Below are positions 33,108 through 41,999 of a DNA stretch of 64,000 nucleotides, in pieces (the first letter of the stretch is position 1; each line of letters begins with the position of its first letter). The stretch lies in assembly GCA_020353515.1 (NCBI GenBank), contig CP070695.1, positions 928,299 through 992,298 of the forward strand, in the 5' to 3' direction. Source of the DNA: Candidatus Heimdallarchaeota archaeon. GTDB taxonomy: Archaea > Asgardarchaeota > Heimdallarchaeia > Hodarchaeales > Hodarchaeaceae. The position numbers and the translations under genes were made by a program. Under the pieces are notes generated by a model that had not been told where the DNA came from, ran no database searches, and saw only the letters and a list, made by a program, of their open reading frames with translations.

Positions 33108-35693
33108 TCATTTTGGTTTTAGAATTACCTTAGCTTCCCGATTGGCTATCGGGAATTGTTCCACTGAATTATATTCGATCAACATCAGATGGTATTGCCC
33201 TTCCATCCACAAATTAAGTGCCTGGTCAGCATAATGAGGATTGGATGGATTTCCACTGACACCTGCGGGAATTACACTCCAACTATTAGAAATATTGTTA
33301 AAATCGACAACCATTCGTTCACTGGGGCCTACTCGTGGTGCACGACCTCCAGCAAGCAAAGGAGTATAACTAGAACCGTCGTGGGGGTAGTTCCCAGCAC
33401 TAAAAGCTGGAATACCACCTAAATGATTGAAATGCATTCTATGATACTCACCCCATTTCCATTCTGAAACATCTGAACCCAATATTTCTTCTAGGTCCTC
33501 AATTGCTTTCAAGAATCCTTTGACGATTATATCGTCTCGTTTTTCCACTAATGGAGTTGTGACATTGTCGAACCATTTAGATTCTGGAAAGTTGCGAACT
33601 AAGAATTCTAACGTGTTATCCTGAGGTTTAGTGACATCTATTTCAGCTTCATCATAATCATCTTGCCAAACAAATTCCCTGAATCGCGATAATGTTGCAT
33701 CGAAGATTGTTGGCCCCACCAGCTCTTTTTTCATTAGGTAACGATCATCACTATTATTCCAGGTTTTTAATTTGGCTAAAGCAATAGTTGCGGTGTCTGA
33801 AAGAGTTTCTCCAGATTGGTCAAAAGCATCTAGAAAGTAGGGAGTAAAAGCCTCAGCACTAATGTCAAAGATTCCCCAATCTCCACATTGCAGTTTTTTC
33901 ATAAAATCAACATCAATTGTCCCAGGTTGAGCTTCATTTAGGAAACGATTAATGCATCTGGCGCGATACCCTGGGTCTTGGGTACTACTAATATAGTATG
34001 GATAGTCGGGTCCAGTTGATTTTTGGTTTGCCGAAGCAAGATAGTTCTGGGGAGGATTTAGATCATAAGGAAGTTCATTAAAAGGAATATAATCCCAGTC
34101 TTTGTCAAGATTGGAATCCGACCCATTTTGAATAAATCGTCCTTGGTAAGCTTGAGTAAAGTTTCTTTTTATTATTCTACCTGTGGGTCTCAAAGCAATA
34201 TTTCCTTCAGTATCTGCAAAAACTACATTGATTGTGGGACTGGAAAACCATTGCATTGATTCGTTAAATGTCTTCCAATTTGTAGCTGTATTTACACCAT
34301 ACATTGCTTTAATCTCATAAGTAGGACTTTCAGTAGTAATCCAACGCATGGCAATGAGCTTTCTTCCCATCTCCTCTGCCATTACTACTCCGTCTTCGGT
34401 ATATCGAATCGTTTCAGTGTGATTATTAAGGCCCTTTACTGGAATAGTTATGATTCTTTCTTCTGGAGACTTCCATTTGTTTTCAGATCCACTCCAGTAT
34501 TGAGAGGAGGAGTCATCCCAGATATATTCGTACCAATCAAGTGCATCACTTGATACATAGGTTATCCCCCACGCTACATGTGTATTGAATCCAACGATAA
34601 CTATTGGAGTGCCTGTTAAAGTATATCCGTATATATTCATCTTAGGTTTAGACACAACTAGATGCGCTTCATACCATATATGTGGAAGTGTTATTTCTAA
34701 GTGCATATCATTTGCCAGCATGGGCATACCTGTTACGGTTTTTGAACCATTTACAGCCCAATTATTTGAACCTACTCCAGATTCCTTAAGAAATCGTACA
34801 CTATCGGGAATACGATTTAGGATCTTATTAATCGCTGAAACACGAGCTTCAATATCATCATCTGTACTATGAATAGGCTCTAGATTCATCTTCATTTCAT
34901 TAGAAGGAAGAGAATAGTTTCCGTATTTTGGAATGACTGGGACTTGATAGTATGACTGATTAAGTGGGAAAATCTCATCCATAGCGGTCAAATTACCATT
35001 GAATAATTTATCTCGCAATATGGTAGCTTGTAAATCATATGTAGAATAAGTTCCACTGAGACCCATTAAAAGATTGTAAACAAAAGTCTTAAGGGGGGTC
35101 CATGGTGAGGGTTTAAACCCTAATAGTTGAAATTCTATTGGTAATGTCTTTGTATTTGTTCGATGATTGATTTCGTAATTGGCTCCCTCACAATAACTAT
35201 CCAGAATGTTTAACATTTCATCTAAGGTATTATCATTCTTGAATGTATCTAACATTTCTTGAGCTGTTTTTTCTATCCCAATTGTTTGATAAAAAATGTC
35301 ATCTTCAAGAGAGGAATTACCTAATATCTCTGCTGTTCGTCCCATACCAGTTCGAGCAATCATTTCCATTTGAAACATCCTGTCAGTTGCATGGCAATAC
35401 CCTAATGCAAAAGCAGCATCCTTGTGAGTTTCTGCATAAATATGGGGGATTCCCCAATTGTCTCTGATAATGGTAACAGTATTATCAATACCTTCAAGTG
35501 TAATTGTGTCAGAAACATAATCTGATCCTTTTGATGCACCAAAAATCCCTCCAGGAGACACAATCGGTCCGAGAGCGAACATTCCCATTATTGGGGTCGA
35601 AAGAATTAGTACTAAGAGCAAAACCCCTCCAATTGAAATTGTAAGAAGTGCTCCCTGTTTATATAAATCACGAGGAAGTGACATTTTAATCAC
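33108..35693 (-). CDS. Penicillin/AHL acylase family Ntn-hydrolase (peptidase S45), N-terminally membrane-anchored
   Basis: The autoprocessing/nucleophile site is GVGSNNWAVNGSKTVTG. The N-terminal TM helix is ALLTISIGGVLLLVLILSTPIMGMFAL. Its length of about 860 aa is typical of the family. Confidence 0.85.
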   Translation of the reverse strand: MIKMSLPRDLYKQGALLTISIGGVLLLVLILSTPIMGMFALGPIVSPGGIFGASKGSDYVSDTITLEGIDNTVTIIRDNWGIPHIYAETHKDAAFALGYCHATDRMFQMEMIARTGMGRTAEILGNSSLEDDIFYQTIGIEKTAQEMLDTFKNDNTLDEMLNILDSYCEGANYEINHRTNTKTLPIEFQLLGFKPSPWTPLKTFVYNLLMGLSGTYSTYDLQATILRDKLFNGNLTAMDEIFPLNQSYYQVPVIPKYGNYSLPSNEMKMNLEPIHSTDDDIEARVSAINKILNRIPDSVRFLKESGVGSNNWAVNGSKTVTGMPMLANDMHLEITLPHIWYEAHLVVSKPKMNIYGYTLTGTPIVIVGFNTHVAWGITYVSSDALDWYEYIWDDSSSQYWSGSENKWKSPEERIITIPVKGLNNHTETIRYTEDGVVMAEEMGRKLIAMRWITTESPTYEIKAMYGVNTATNWKTFNESMQWFSSPTINVVFADTEGNIALRPTGRIIKRNFTQAYQGRFIQNGSDSNLDKDWDYIPFNELPYDLNPPQNYLASANQKSTGPDYPYYISSTQDPGYRARCINRFLNEAQPGTIDVDFMKKLQCGDWGIFDISAEAFTPYFLDAFDQSGETLSDTATIALAKLKTWNNSDDRYLMKKELVGPTIFDATLSRFREFVWQDDYDEAEIDVTKPQDNTLEFLVRNFPESKWFDNVTTPLVEKRDDIIVKGFLKAIEDLEEILGSDVSEWKWGEYHRMHFNHLGGIPAFSAGNYPHDGSSYTPLLAGGRAPRVGPSERMVVDFNNISNSWSVIPAGVSGNPSNPHYADQALNLWMEGQYHLMLIEYNSVEQFPIANREAKVILKPK

Positions 35694-35855
35694 AGAGTCT
35701 TAATTAGATATTACAGGGTCTTTATTGTATATTTGAAAGGTTTGAGATGATGGCCAATTGAGGAATAAAAGAGTTTTTGAAGTATCACTAAACCCTTTCA
35801 ATAGTATAGAAGATTAAATGCTTTATACTAGCAAGATGGATTATCTACCCTTTAT

Positions 35856-36344
35856 ATGCAAAAAAGACGGACTAAAAGACAAATGATGCCTGAAGATTTG
35901 CCTGATGATCATAATTTAGGATTATTTTTCGGGATTATAGAACATAACAAATTAAATCCAACAATTCTTTGGTCAGGGTCTACATGGCATTCAGAAGTTC
36001 AAACTTGGAATTTACTCTTGAAGATTCTTGCAACTAAAGATCCAGTGGATCTTGAGGAAGTAGACTGGAATTTTTTACCTTTAATATGGGATGAAGTAGA
36101 AATTTTTGCATTGACTAAAGCTTTTCGAATTCGTGGAATTGGTTCAGCATACTTGGTTGTTTTCCATCAATCGGCAGAGAAATTAACCCAATTTATTCTC
36201 ATGAAGGAGGAAGAGATATCAGAAACATTTAATGAAATATTAACGTCTTCTACTTTTTTTTCGATCCAACGCTTAACAAATGAACAACTAAAACAAATTC
36301 GTATCAAATGTCAACTATATTACGAAGTTCTGTCACAGCTTTAA
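35856..36344 (+). CDS. Hypothetical protein (162 aa)
   Basis: An ATG-initiated ORF in an otherwise empty interval. No motif recognised. Confidence 0.4.
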   Translation: MQKRRTKRQMMPEDLPDDHNLGLFFGIIEHNKLNPTILWSGSTWHSEVQTWNLLLKILATKDPVDLEEVDWNFLPLIWDEVEIFALTKAFRIRGIGSAYLVVFHQSAEKLTQFILMKEEEISETFNEILTSSTFFSIQRLTNEQLKQIRIKCQLYYEVLSQL

Positions 36345-36397
36345 ACTCTAGTTAGCTATTTGTCTCTTCTTACGATGATTTGGTGCAAATATTTAAC

Positions 36398-37150
36398 TCA
36401 TTGATTTAATAAATCTTGCATCCCAGCAATAGCTGTTTTTATTGATTCTACATGACCTGCTTTTTTATTCATGATCAAATCCCCAGTGTCAAAATCACCA
36501 ATAGCTGCCATTATTGCTCCCGTTTTCCATCCTCTGATGCTTCCCAAAATGAAGAGAGTTGAGACTTCCATCTCTGTAATAAGAGTCTGTCCCCGTTTCC
36601 ATGTCTCCCATCTTTCAATAATATCTTTCTTTGCAGGTATCATTTCAGGTTCTTCACTCCAAAAGGCATCTTTTGAATGAACAATACCTTCATGAAAACG
36701 ATCTTGAAGATTGAGATCATATGCCCCCTGTCGTAAAGCGAAAATAACATCGGGATGAGCAACTGCAGGAAACTCTGGAGGTAGGTACTGCTTAGTAGTC
36801 CCTTCATCACGAATTGCACCAATAGCGGAGACAATATCTCCTAGTTTAACTTGGGGATTCAATATACCAGAAGTCCCCACACGAATGACAGTCGTGATTT
36901 GACATCTTCCGAATTCCTCCAATCCAACAGCAGTAGAAGGCCCCCCAATCCCCATGCTTGCTACAATAACTGGGTTTTCATCGATGTATGCTAGGAATGT
37001 TCGATATTCACGGTTGAATGTAAGCTCTTGGGGATCTTGCAAGTGTTGAGCGATGGCTTCTGTTCGTGCTGGGTCACCAACTATGAACATATGCCGAGCT
37101 CCCTTTAAATCTTCTTTTGATAAGTTAATATGATAATGTTTCATAACCAA
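36398..37150 (-). CDS. Nucleoside phosphorylase family 1 (uridine phosphorylase/PNP-UDP_1)
   Basis: FIVGDPARTEAIA, SMGIGGPSTAVGLEE, IRVGTSG, EMEVSTLF. Confidence 0.8.
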   Translation of the reverse strand: MVMKHYHINLSKEDLKGARHMFIVGDPARTEAIAQHLQDPQELTFNREYRTFLAYIDENPVIVASMGIGGPSTAVGLEEFGRCQITTVIRVGTSGILNPQVKLGDIVSAIGAIRDEGTTKQYLPPEFPAVAHPDVIFALRQGAYDLNLQDRFHEGIVHSKDAFWSEEPEMIPAKKDIIERWETWKRGQTLITEMEVSTLFILGSIRGWKTGAIMAAIGDFDTGDLIMNKKAGHVESIKTAIAGMQDLLNQ

Positions 37151-37168
37151 ACCTCAAATTTCTAAGTG

Positions 37169-37522
37169 CTAGAGAGGTTCCCAAACAAATCCAGATTTCA
37201 TTTTTCCATCAATTTCTCTAACAGGTTTCCACACAGCTCTAAGTTTCATTCCTAACTCAATATCATCTGTGTCAATATCTAACTGGCCCGTATATCGTAC
37301 TTCTCCAAGATCAACTATACCTAATAGGAGCGAGGATTTCTGAATACCTGATGGAGGAGCCTTCAAAATTGTATAAGTAACTAGAGAACCAATAGAGGGC
37401 AGCTCCACCTCTTGAAAATCCTGATGTTTGCACTCAAGACATCGTCCATGTTTTGGATAATGAACTTTGCCACAATTCAGACATTTATATCCTTTTGGTG
37501 TTCTTTCAGCCATTAAAATCAC
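37169..37522 (-). CDS. DUF35 Zn-ribbon + OB-fold protein (thiolase-associated scaffold family)
   Basis: The rubredoxin-like motif is CLNCGKVHYPKHGRCLECKH, followed by an OB-like beta-rich segment. It sits 2 nt downstream of the thiolase-fold gene. Confidence 0.8.
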   Translation of the reverse strand: MILMAERTPKGYKCLNCGKVHYPKHGRCLECKHQDFQEVELPSIGSLVTYTILKAPPSGIQKSSLLLGIVDLGEVRYTGQLDIDTDDIELGMKLRAVWKPVREIDGKMKSGFVWEPL

Positions 37523-37524
37523 CT

Positions 37525-38706
37525 TTAAACTATCGAGAGGATAGTGACAACAACATTATTACCAAATCCACCAAAATTAACTGCATATGCATGTGTAGGA
37601 TTATTAGGAATTTGTCGTTCTCCTGCTTCACCTCTAAGTTGCCATACTAATTCACAGAGTTGAGCAACTCCAGTTGCACCAACAGGATGACCACGGGCTT
37701 TCAAACCCCCTGAAGGATTGACTGGAAATCGGCCATTAATTTCTGTTTCACCCTCACGAATCGCAAGATGAGCTGTTCCTCGTTCGTAAAATCCTGCTGA
37801 CTCCAATTCGGCAATTTCTAATATTTCAAAAGCATTGTGCACTTCTGCGAAGTCTATGTCCTCTTTCTTCAATTTAGCCATCGTAAATGCCTGGTCAGAA
37901 GCATCGCTAACAGCTCTAAGAAAAGTTGGATCTTCACGTTCATGAACAGCCATAGTATCCATACCTTGTCCTGTTCCACTGAATTTAATTTGTTGGTTTT
38001 CTGAAAATTCTTTTGCCTTATCAAGTGAACACATTATAATAGAAGCTGCTCCATCAGTAACAGGACACATATCATATAGATGCAAGGGATCTGCTATCAT
38101 AGGATTGTTCAATTTAGCTTCACGAGATGTCAATATGCCTTCCAGGGTAATCTTTTGCTGTATATGAGCATAAGGATTCATTAAACCATTATTATGATTT
38201 TTAATAGCAATTCTAGCAAGATCTTCTGATGTGACCCCATATTTTTTGAAGTAAATTCGAGCAAGCATTGCACCGAGAGAAGGAAATGTAATACCGTAAA
38301 TATATTCGGCCTCTGGGTGTGACATGGTAGCAATGAAGTCAGTAACTACTGGTCCTGGAGCCACACGCATTTTTTCCCCACCAGTGACCATAACACAGTC
38401 GTGAATTCCTGAAGCAATGGCCATATACCCTATACGAGCTGCTGTTCCCCCTGATGCTGGACCATTCTCAATAGAAGCACCAACAGCTGGGAATAGATTC
38501 AGGTAGTCGATTAAAGCGGAACCTAATGCGGTTTGGTTATTAATTCGTCCAGCTCCCATGTTGGCAACAAATACTGCATCAATTTCATCTGTTCCTGCAT
38601 CGTTAATTGCGTCTAGTGAAGATTCCGCCATCAATTCAACGAGGGACCCATCATAACGTCCCCACTGACTCCCCATACCTACTCCAATAATGACAACATC
38701 ACGCAT
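37525..38706 (-). CDS. Thiolase-superfamily (SCP-x/archaeal thiolase-like) protein in which the nucleophilic Cys position is Pro
   Basis: Thiolase blocks: MRDVVIIGVG, IENGPASGGTAARIGYMAIASG...VTGGEKM, VNPSGGLKARGHPVGATG. The N-x-C-x-S-G nucleophile motif reads N-G-P-A-S-G (Pro83, codon CCA, plus-strand tgg at 38458-38460). Confidence 0.75.
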   Translation of the reverse strand: MRDVVIIGVGMGSQWGRYDGSLVELMAESSLDAINDAGTDEIDAVFVANMGAGRINNQTALGSALIDYLNLFPAVGASIENGPASGGTAARIGYMAIASGIHDCVMVTGGEKMRVAPGPVVTDFIATMSHPEAEYIYGITFPSLGAMLARIYFKKYGVTSEDLARIAIKNHNNGLMNPYAHIQQKITLEGILTSREAKLNNPMIADPLHLYDMCPVTDGAASIIMCSLDKAKEFSENQQIKFSGTGQGMDTMAVHEREDPTFLRAVSDASDQAFTMAKLKKEDIDFAEVHNAFEILEIAELESAGFYERGTAHLAIREGETEINGRFPVNPSGGLKARGHPVGATGVAQLCELVWQLRGEAGERQIPNNPTHAYAVNFGGFGNNVVVTILSIV

Positions 38707-39424
38707 TTAACCATTCTTCCTTCTTTTTGCGTGTGATTTGAAATATGACATCTTCAGGGAGAATTATATATTTTTTACACATTTCTATCAAATCCTCAGG
38801 TACAGGACGTTCTCCAAAGAGACGTTCTGGGATAACATAACTTTCCCAATTTTCTTTTGTTAGACAATATGAGGGGACCCCACCTAGTTCATGTTCTACT
38901 TCGAGACGTGGCTCGAGCCGTAGTTCTTCCATCCATCGTCGGAACCCAATCGGAGACTCTGCTACAATGTAAACTTCTTCATTTCCCAAAAGAAAATGAT
39001 TTTCCATCTTAGCCACAAATAAATGAGCGCCAACACGAAGACCTCTTTTGAATGTCATTGTGTGAAGGCTCATTCCAATTTTAGGATTAACAGTCAAACG
39101 GCTGTTGACAAGGCCTAATACCTCACCAGTATTCCCATCTTGCCCAAGAATAACATATTCATCATGAACTCTGTAATTAGTATAAGCTAATAGTTCCCCT
39201 AATATCCGAGCACCTACAATATCATAATATTGATAGTCTGTGAGTCTTACAATATCATAGAATAATGGAATAACTTGTTTTACCTCATCCCGTGAGATTT
39301 GGCGAACTACCATCTTGGTACCGTCAACTAAATTGATATACTTTGGTGGATAAGGTGTATTTTCTGGGTTTATCTTATTTTGTGGAGGACGTAACATTTC
39401 TTCATCTATTGACATCGTTCTCAT
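38699..39424 (-). CDS. Hypothetical protein, possibly GNAT-fold acyltransferase-like (241 aa)
   Basis: An 8-nt overlap with the thiolase-fold gene implies one operon. There is a weak GNAT-like pattern: EVLGLVNSRL ... KRGLRVGAHLF. Confidence 0.35.
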   Translation of the reverse strand: MRTMSIDEEMLRPPQNKINPENTPYPPKYINLVDGTKMVVRQISRDEVKQVIPLFYDIVRLTDYQYYDIVGARILGELLAYTNYRVHDEYVILGQDGNTGEVLGLVNSRLTVNPKIGMSLHTMTFKRGLRVGAHLFVAKMENHFLLGNEEVYIVAESPIGFRRWMEELRLEPRLEVEHELGGVPSYCLTKENWESYVIPERLFGERPVPEDLIEMCKKYIILPEDVIFQITRKKKEEWLNA

Positions 39425-39606
39425 CTCTCTTAGTATTTTTAACGGTATTTTAGTCGAAAAAATTCAGGAAACAAAACTTTTTCTAGCATTTATATCAGAG
39501 TTGTTCTTAATAAGTAATTTTGCTAAGTTTGACTCAGACTCTGAAGATTGGATGAAATAGGTTATTATTCCTCTTAAACGAGAAAATTACACCCTCTTAT
39601 CTCAGG

Positions 39607-40881
39607 ATGAAAGATAGAATGGATCTACTAATTAAAAATGCTTATACACGAGATGGAAAATTAGTAAACATCTTAGTTGAATACGGAATGATAAGAGAGA
39701 TTACAGGTAAAAAATTGAAAGAAGCTGACCAGACTATTGATGCCAAGGGTTCCTTAGTGACCGAAAGTCTCATTAGCCCTCACAATCATTTAGATAAGGT
39801 TTTAATTGGTGATATTATTGAACCCAATGAATCAGGGACACTTTGGGAAGCTATTCAAAAAACATGGGAAGTTAAAAGGAATTATACAGCGGAGGAAATT
39901 TATCAACGAGCGAGTCAGGTTATTGATCATCAAATAAAATACGGGGTAACGCACTTCCGAACACATGTAGATGTTGATTCTATTGGAAAGCTTACACCCC
40001 TTAAAGGCCTCCTTGCAGTAAAAGAAGCCTATAGGAATATTATTGAGCTTCAAGTTGTTGCTTTTCCTCAAGAAGGAATTTTGAAAGATGAAGGGACTGA
40101 GGATTTATTGTATTCTGCCATGGAAACTGGTGCGAACCTAATTGGTGGTATGCCTCATAATGAGTTCACTCCTCAAGATTCCCGACACCATATTGACATT
40201 TTGTTTGATATTGCAAAACAATTTAATGTCGATATTGATTCTCATACAGACGAAACTGATGATCCCAACTCTCGAACCCTACAGTACCTTGCATCTAGCA
40301 CAATTAAACGAGATTATCGTGAAAGGGTTTCTGTAGATCATATTTGTTCTCTAGCTGCTCAGAATGACTATTATGCAAGTCGTATTATTGAATTAGTCAA
40401 GTTAGCAGAGATTAACGTTATAACAAATCCAGGAACAAATATGGTTTTGCAAGGTAGATTAGATAATTATCCAAAACGAGTTGGAATTACAAGAGTGAAA
40501 CAATTAGTTGAGGCAGGAGTAAATGTCACTGCAGGCCAAGATTGCATAAATGATCCGTATTATCCCTTTGGGAAAGGAGATATGCTCGAGGTGGCCTTAC
40601 TACTTGGTCATGCCGCCAAACTGACTACTAATAATGAAATCAACAGCTTATATGACATGATTACTTATAATGCCGCTAAAACGATGGGGATTTCTGACCA
40701 TAGGTTAGTTGAGGATACACCAGCTAATCTTGTCATTTTACATGGTGTGAAGACTGTAAACGAGGCAATACGAAAAACACCTCCCGCACGTACAACCATT
40801 AGAAAAGGGAAAATTATATCAAAAACTTCTCTCACAGAAGAGCAATATTATGAGGTAGAAAAGCCTAAAACAAAGAATTAA
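39607..40881 (+). CDS. Amidohydrolase-superfamily deaminase, cytosine deaminase (CodA)-like
   Basis: SPHNHLDK (HxH-type metal site), RTHVDV, HTDETDD, GQDCINDPYYPFG. Confidence 0.7.
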   Translation: MKDRMDLLIKNAYTRDGKLVNILVEYGMIREITGKKLKEADQTIDAKGSLVTESLISPHNHLDKVLIGDIIEPNESGTLWEAIQKTWEVKRNYTAEEIYQRASQVIDHQIKYGVTHFRTHVDVDSIGKLTPLKGLLAVKEAYRNIIELQVVAFPQEGILKDEGTEDLLYSAMETGANLIGGMPHNEFTPQDSRHHIDILFDIAKQFNVDIDSHTDETDDPNSRTLQYLASSTIKRDYRERVSVDHICSLAAQNDYYASRIIELVKLAEINVITNPGTNMVLQGRLDNYPKRVGITRVKQLVEAGVNVTAGQDCINDPYYPFGKGDMLEVALLLGHAAKLTTNNEINSLYDMITYNAAKTMGISDHRLVEDTPANLVILHGVKTVNEAIRKTPPARTTIRKGKIISKTSLTEEQYYEVEKPKTKN

Positions 40882-41371
40882 TTATAGATACTATCGTTAT
40901 TCCGATCCAAAGGACAATTAAACTAAGTTCTGGAAGAATTCCAACTCTTTTATAGGTCAGATCGGGCATTCTTAAGAAAACCAATTGTCGAATTTTATCC
41001 GCAATAGGATGAAGATAATAGCTCTTCCCCCAATCAGGTTGGCTTTTACGTGAAGCGATATTCCGTAAAGTATACCAATCCCATAAATCAGGTAAATTTG
41101 CGAAAAGCATTCCTAGCCAATACTCCCAAATACAGAGTCCGATAATTACAAATCCAATCAAATACACGAAAATATGCCAGGTAAGCCAAAAATTATCATG
41201 AATCCTTTCTGGAGGGTGGTAAGTAAATCTAGCTAGGGCATCTAAAAGAAAATGAGAGGAAAAAGCGATAACAACTACTAGAATCGCAGAAAACCAATTG
41301 GAGGGTGGAATTATTGCATAAATCGTGAATTGAACAATAATCCCTGCTATAAGATGTGTAGGAAGTTGCAT
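40865..41371 (-). CDS. Membrane protein, possibly YdjM/DUF457-type membrane-bound metal-dependent hydrolase
   Basis: MQLPTHLIAGII at the N-terminus and SHFLLDALARFTYH, plus 4-5 TM helices. Confidence 0.45.
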   Translation of the reverse strand: MQLPTHLIAGIIVQFTIYAIIPPSNWFSAILVVVIAFSSHFLLDALARFTYHPPERIHDNFWLTWHIFVYLIGFVIIGLCIWEYWLGMLFANLPDLWDWYTLRNIASRKSQPDWGKSYYLHPIADKIRQLVFLRMPDLTYKRVGILPELSLIVLWIGITIVSIINSLF

Positions 41372-41390
41372 TTTCGGACTACCACGGATT

Positions 41391-41999
41391 TTACGATTTG
41401 TGTGAGGATCTTTGATATAAGAACCATACTAAACTAATAATCCAAAAAACTAGAACTAATATTAATAATCCAAATTTAAGAGTAGCAAAAAAAGAAGCAA
41501 GGAAGGGGGAGAATGTAGGAAAGTTTGAGGGAGAAGACAGCATTAAAATGAGATTTAAATTCTCGATAGCGTCAAAGAGGGCAGCTATAAAGGGTACTAT
41601 TGTCATGTATAAGCCAACTAGTTGTATTTGCCCAGATAACAACTTTCGTACAATTAATAATGTAATTCCTGCAAGAAATGTCGAATAAGCCAGGAGGAAC
41701 CCATAATCTATGTAGGTTACTGTTAATTCTTGAGTAATTAGTTCTTCTGTCCATGTTCCGAATATTTGTTCTATTTGTTCCATTGTCCAAGCAAATTCTA
41801 ATTCCATTACTCCGTATGGGCTAGCAGCCTTCAATGCAGCCTCCACAGGACGCATTAATAGAAAAATGATTACTGAAGCGATAGCAGCCAATCCAGTCAG
41901 AATGATAACAATTTTTTGAGAGGGAGAGGTTTCTAGCTTTCGTATAAGAGGATTATTCATATTGTTCAACTCAATGATTATCACACTTAGGCTTAACAA
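41391..41999 (-). CDS. Integral membrane protein of unknown function (202 aa)
   Basis: Several hydrophobic helices. A 7-nt overlap with the upstream PhnN-like gene suggests co-transcription. Confidence 0.5.
   Translation of the reverse strand: MLSLSVIIIELNNMNNPLIRKLETSPSQKIVIILTGLAAIASVIIFLLMRPVEAALKAASPYGVMELEFAWTMEQIEQIFGTWTEELITQELTVTYIDYGFLLAYSTFLAGITLLIVRKLLSGQIQLVGLYMTIVPFIAALFDAIENLNLILMLSSPSNFPTFSPFLASFFATLKFGLLILVLVFWIISLVWFLYQRSSHKS

Noticed and set aside
38699-39424. Expectation that the gene upstream of the thiolase/DUF35 pair is HMG-CoA synthase (the classic archaeal trio)
   Set aside because: The product is only 241 aa and shows none of the HMG-CoA synthase/thiolase-fold blocks. 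I therefore left it as a hypothetical, GNAT-like protein.
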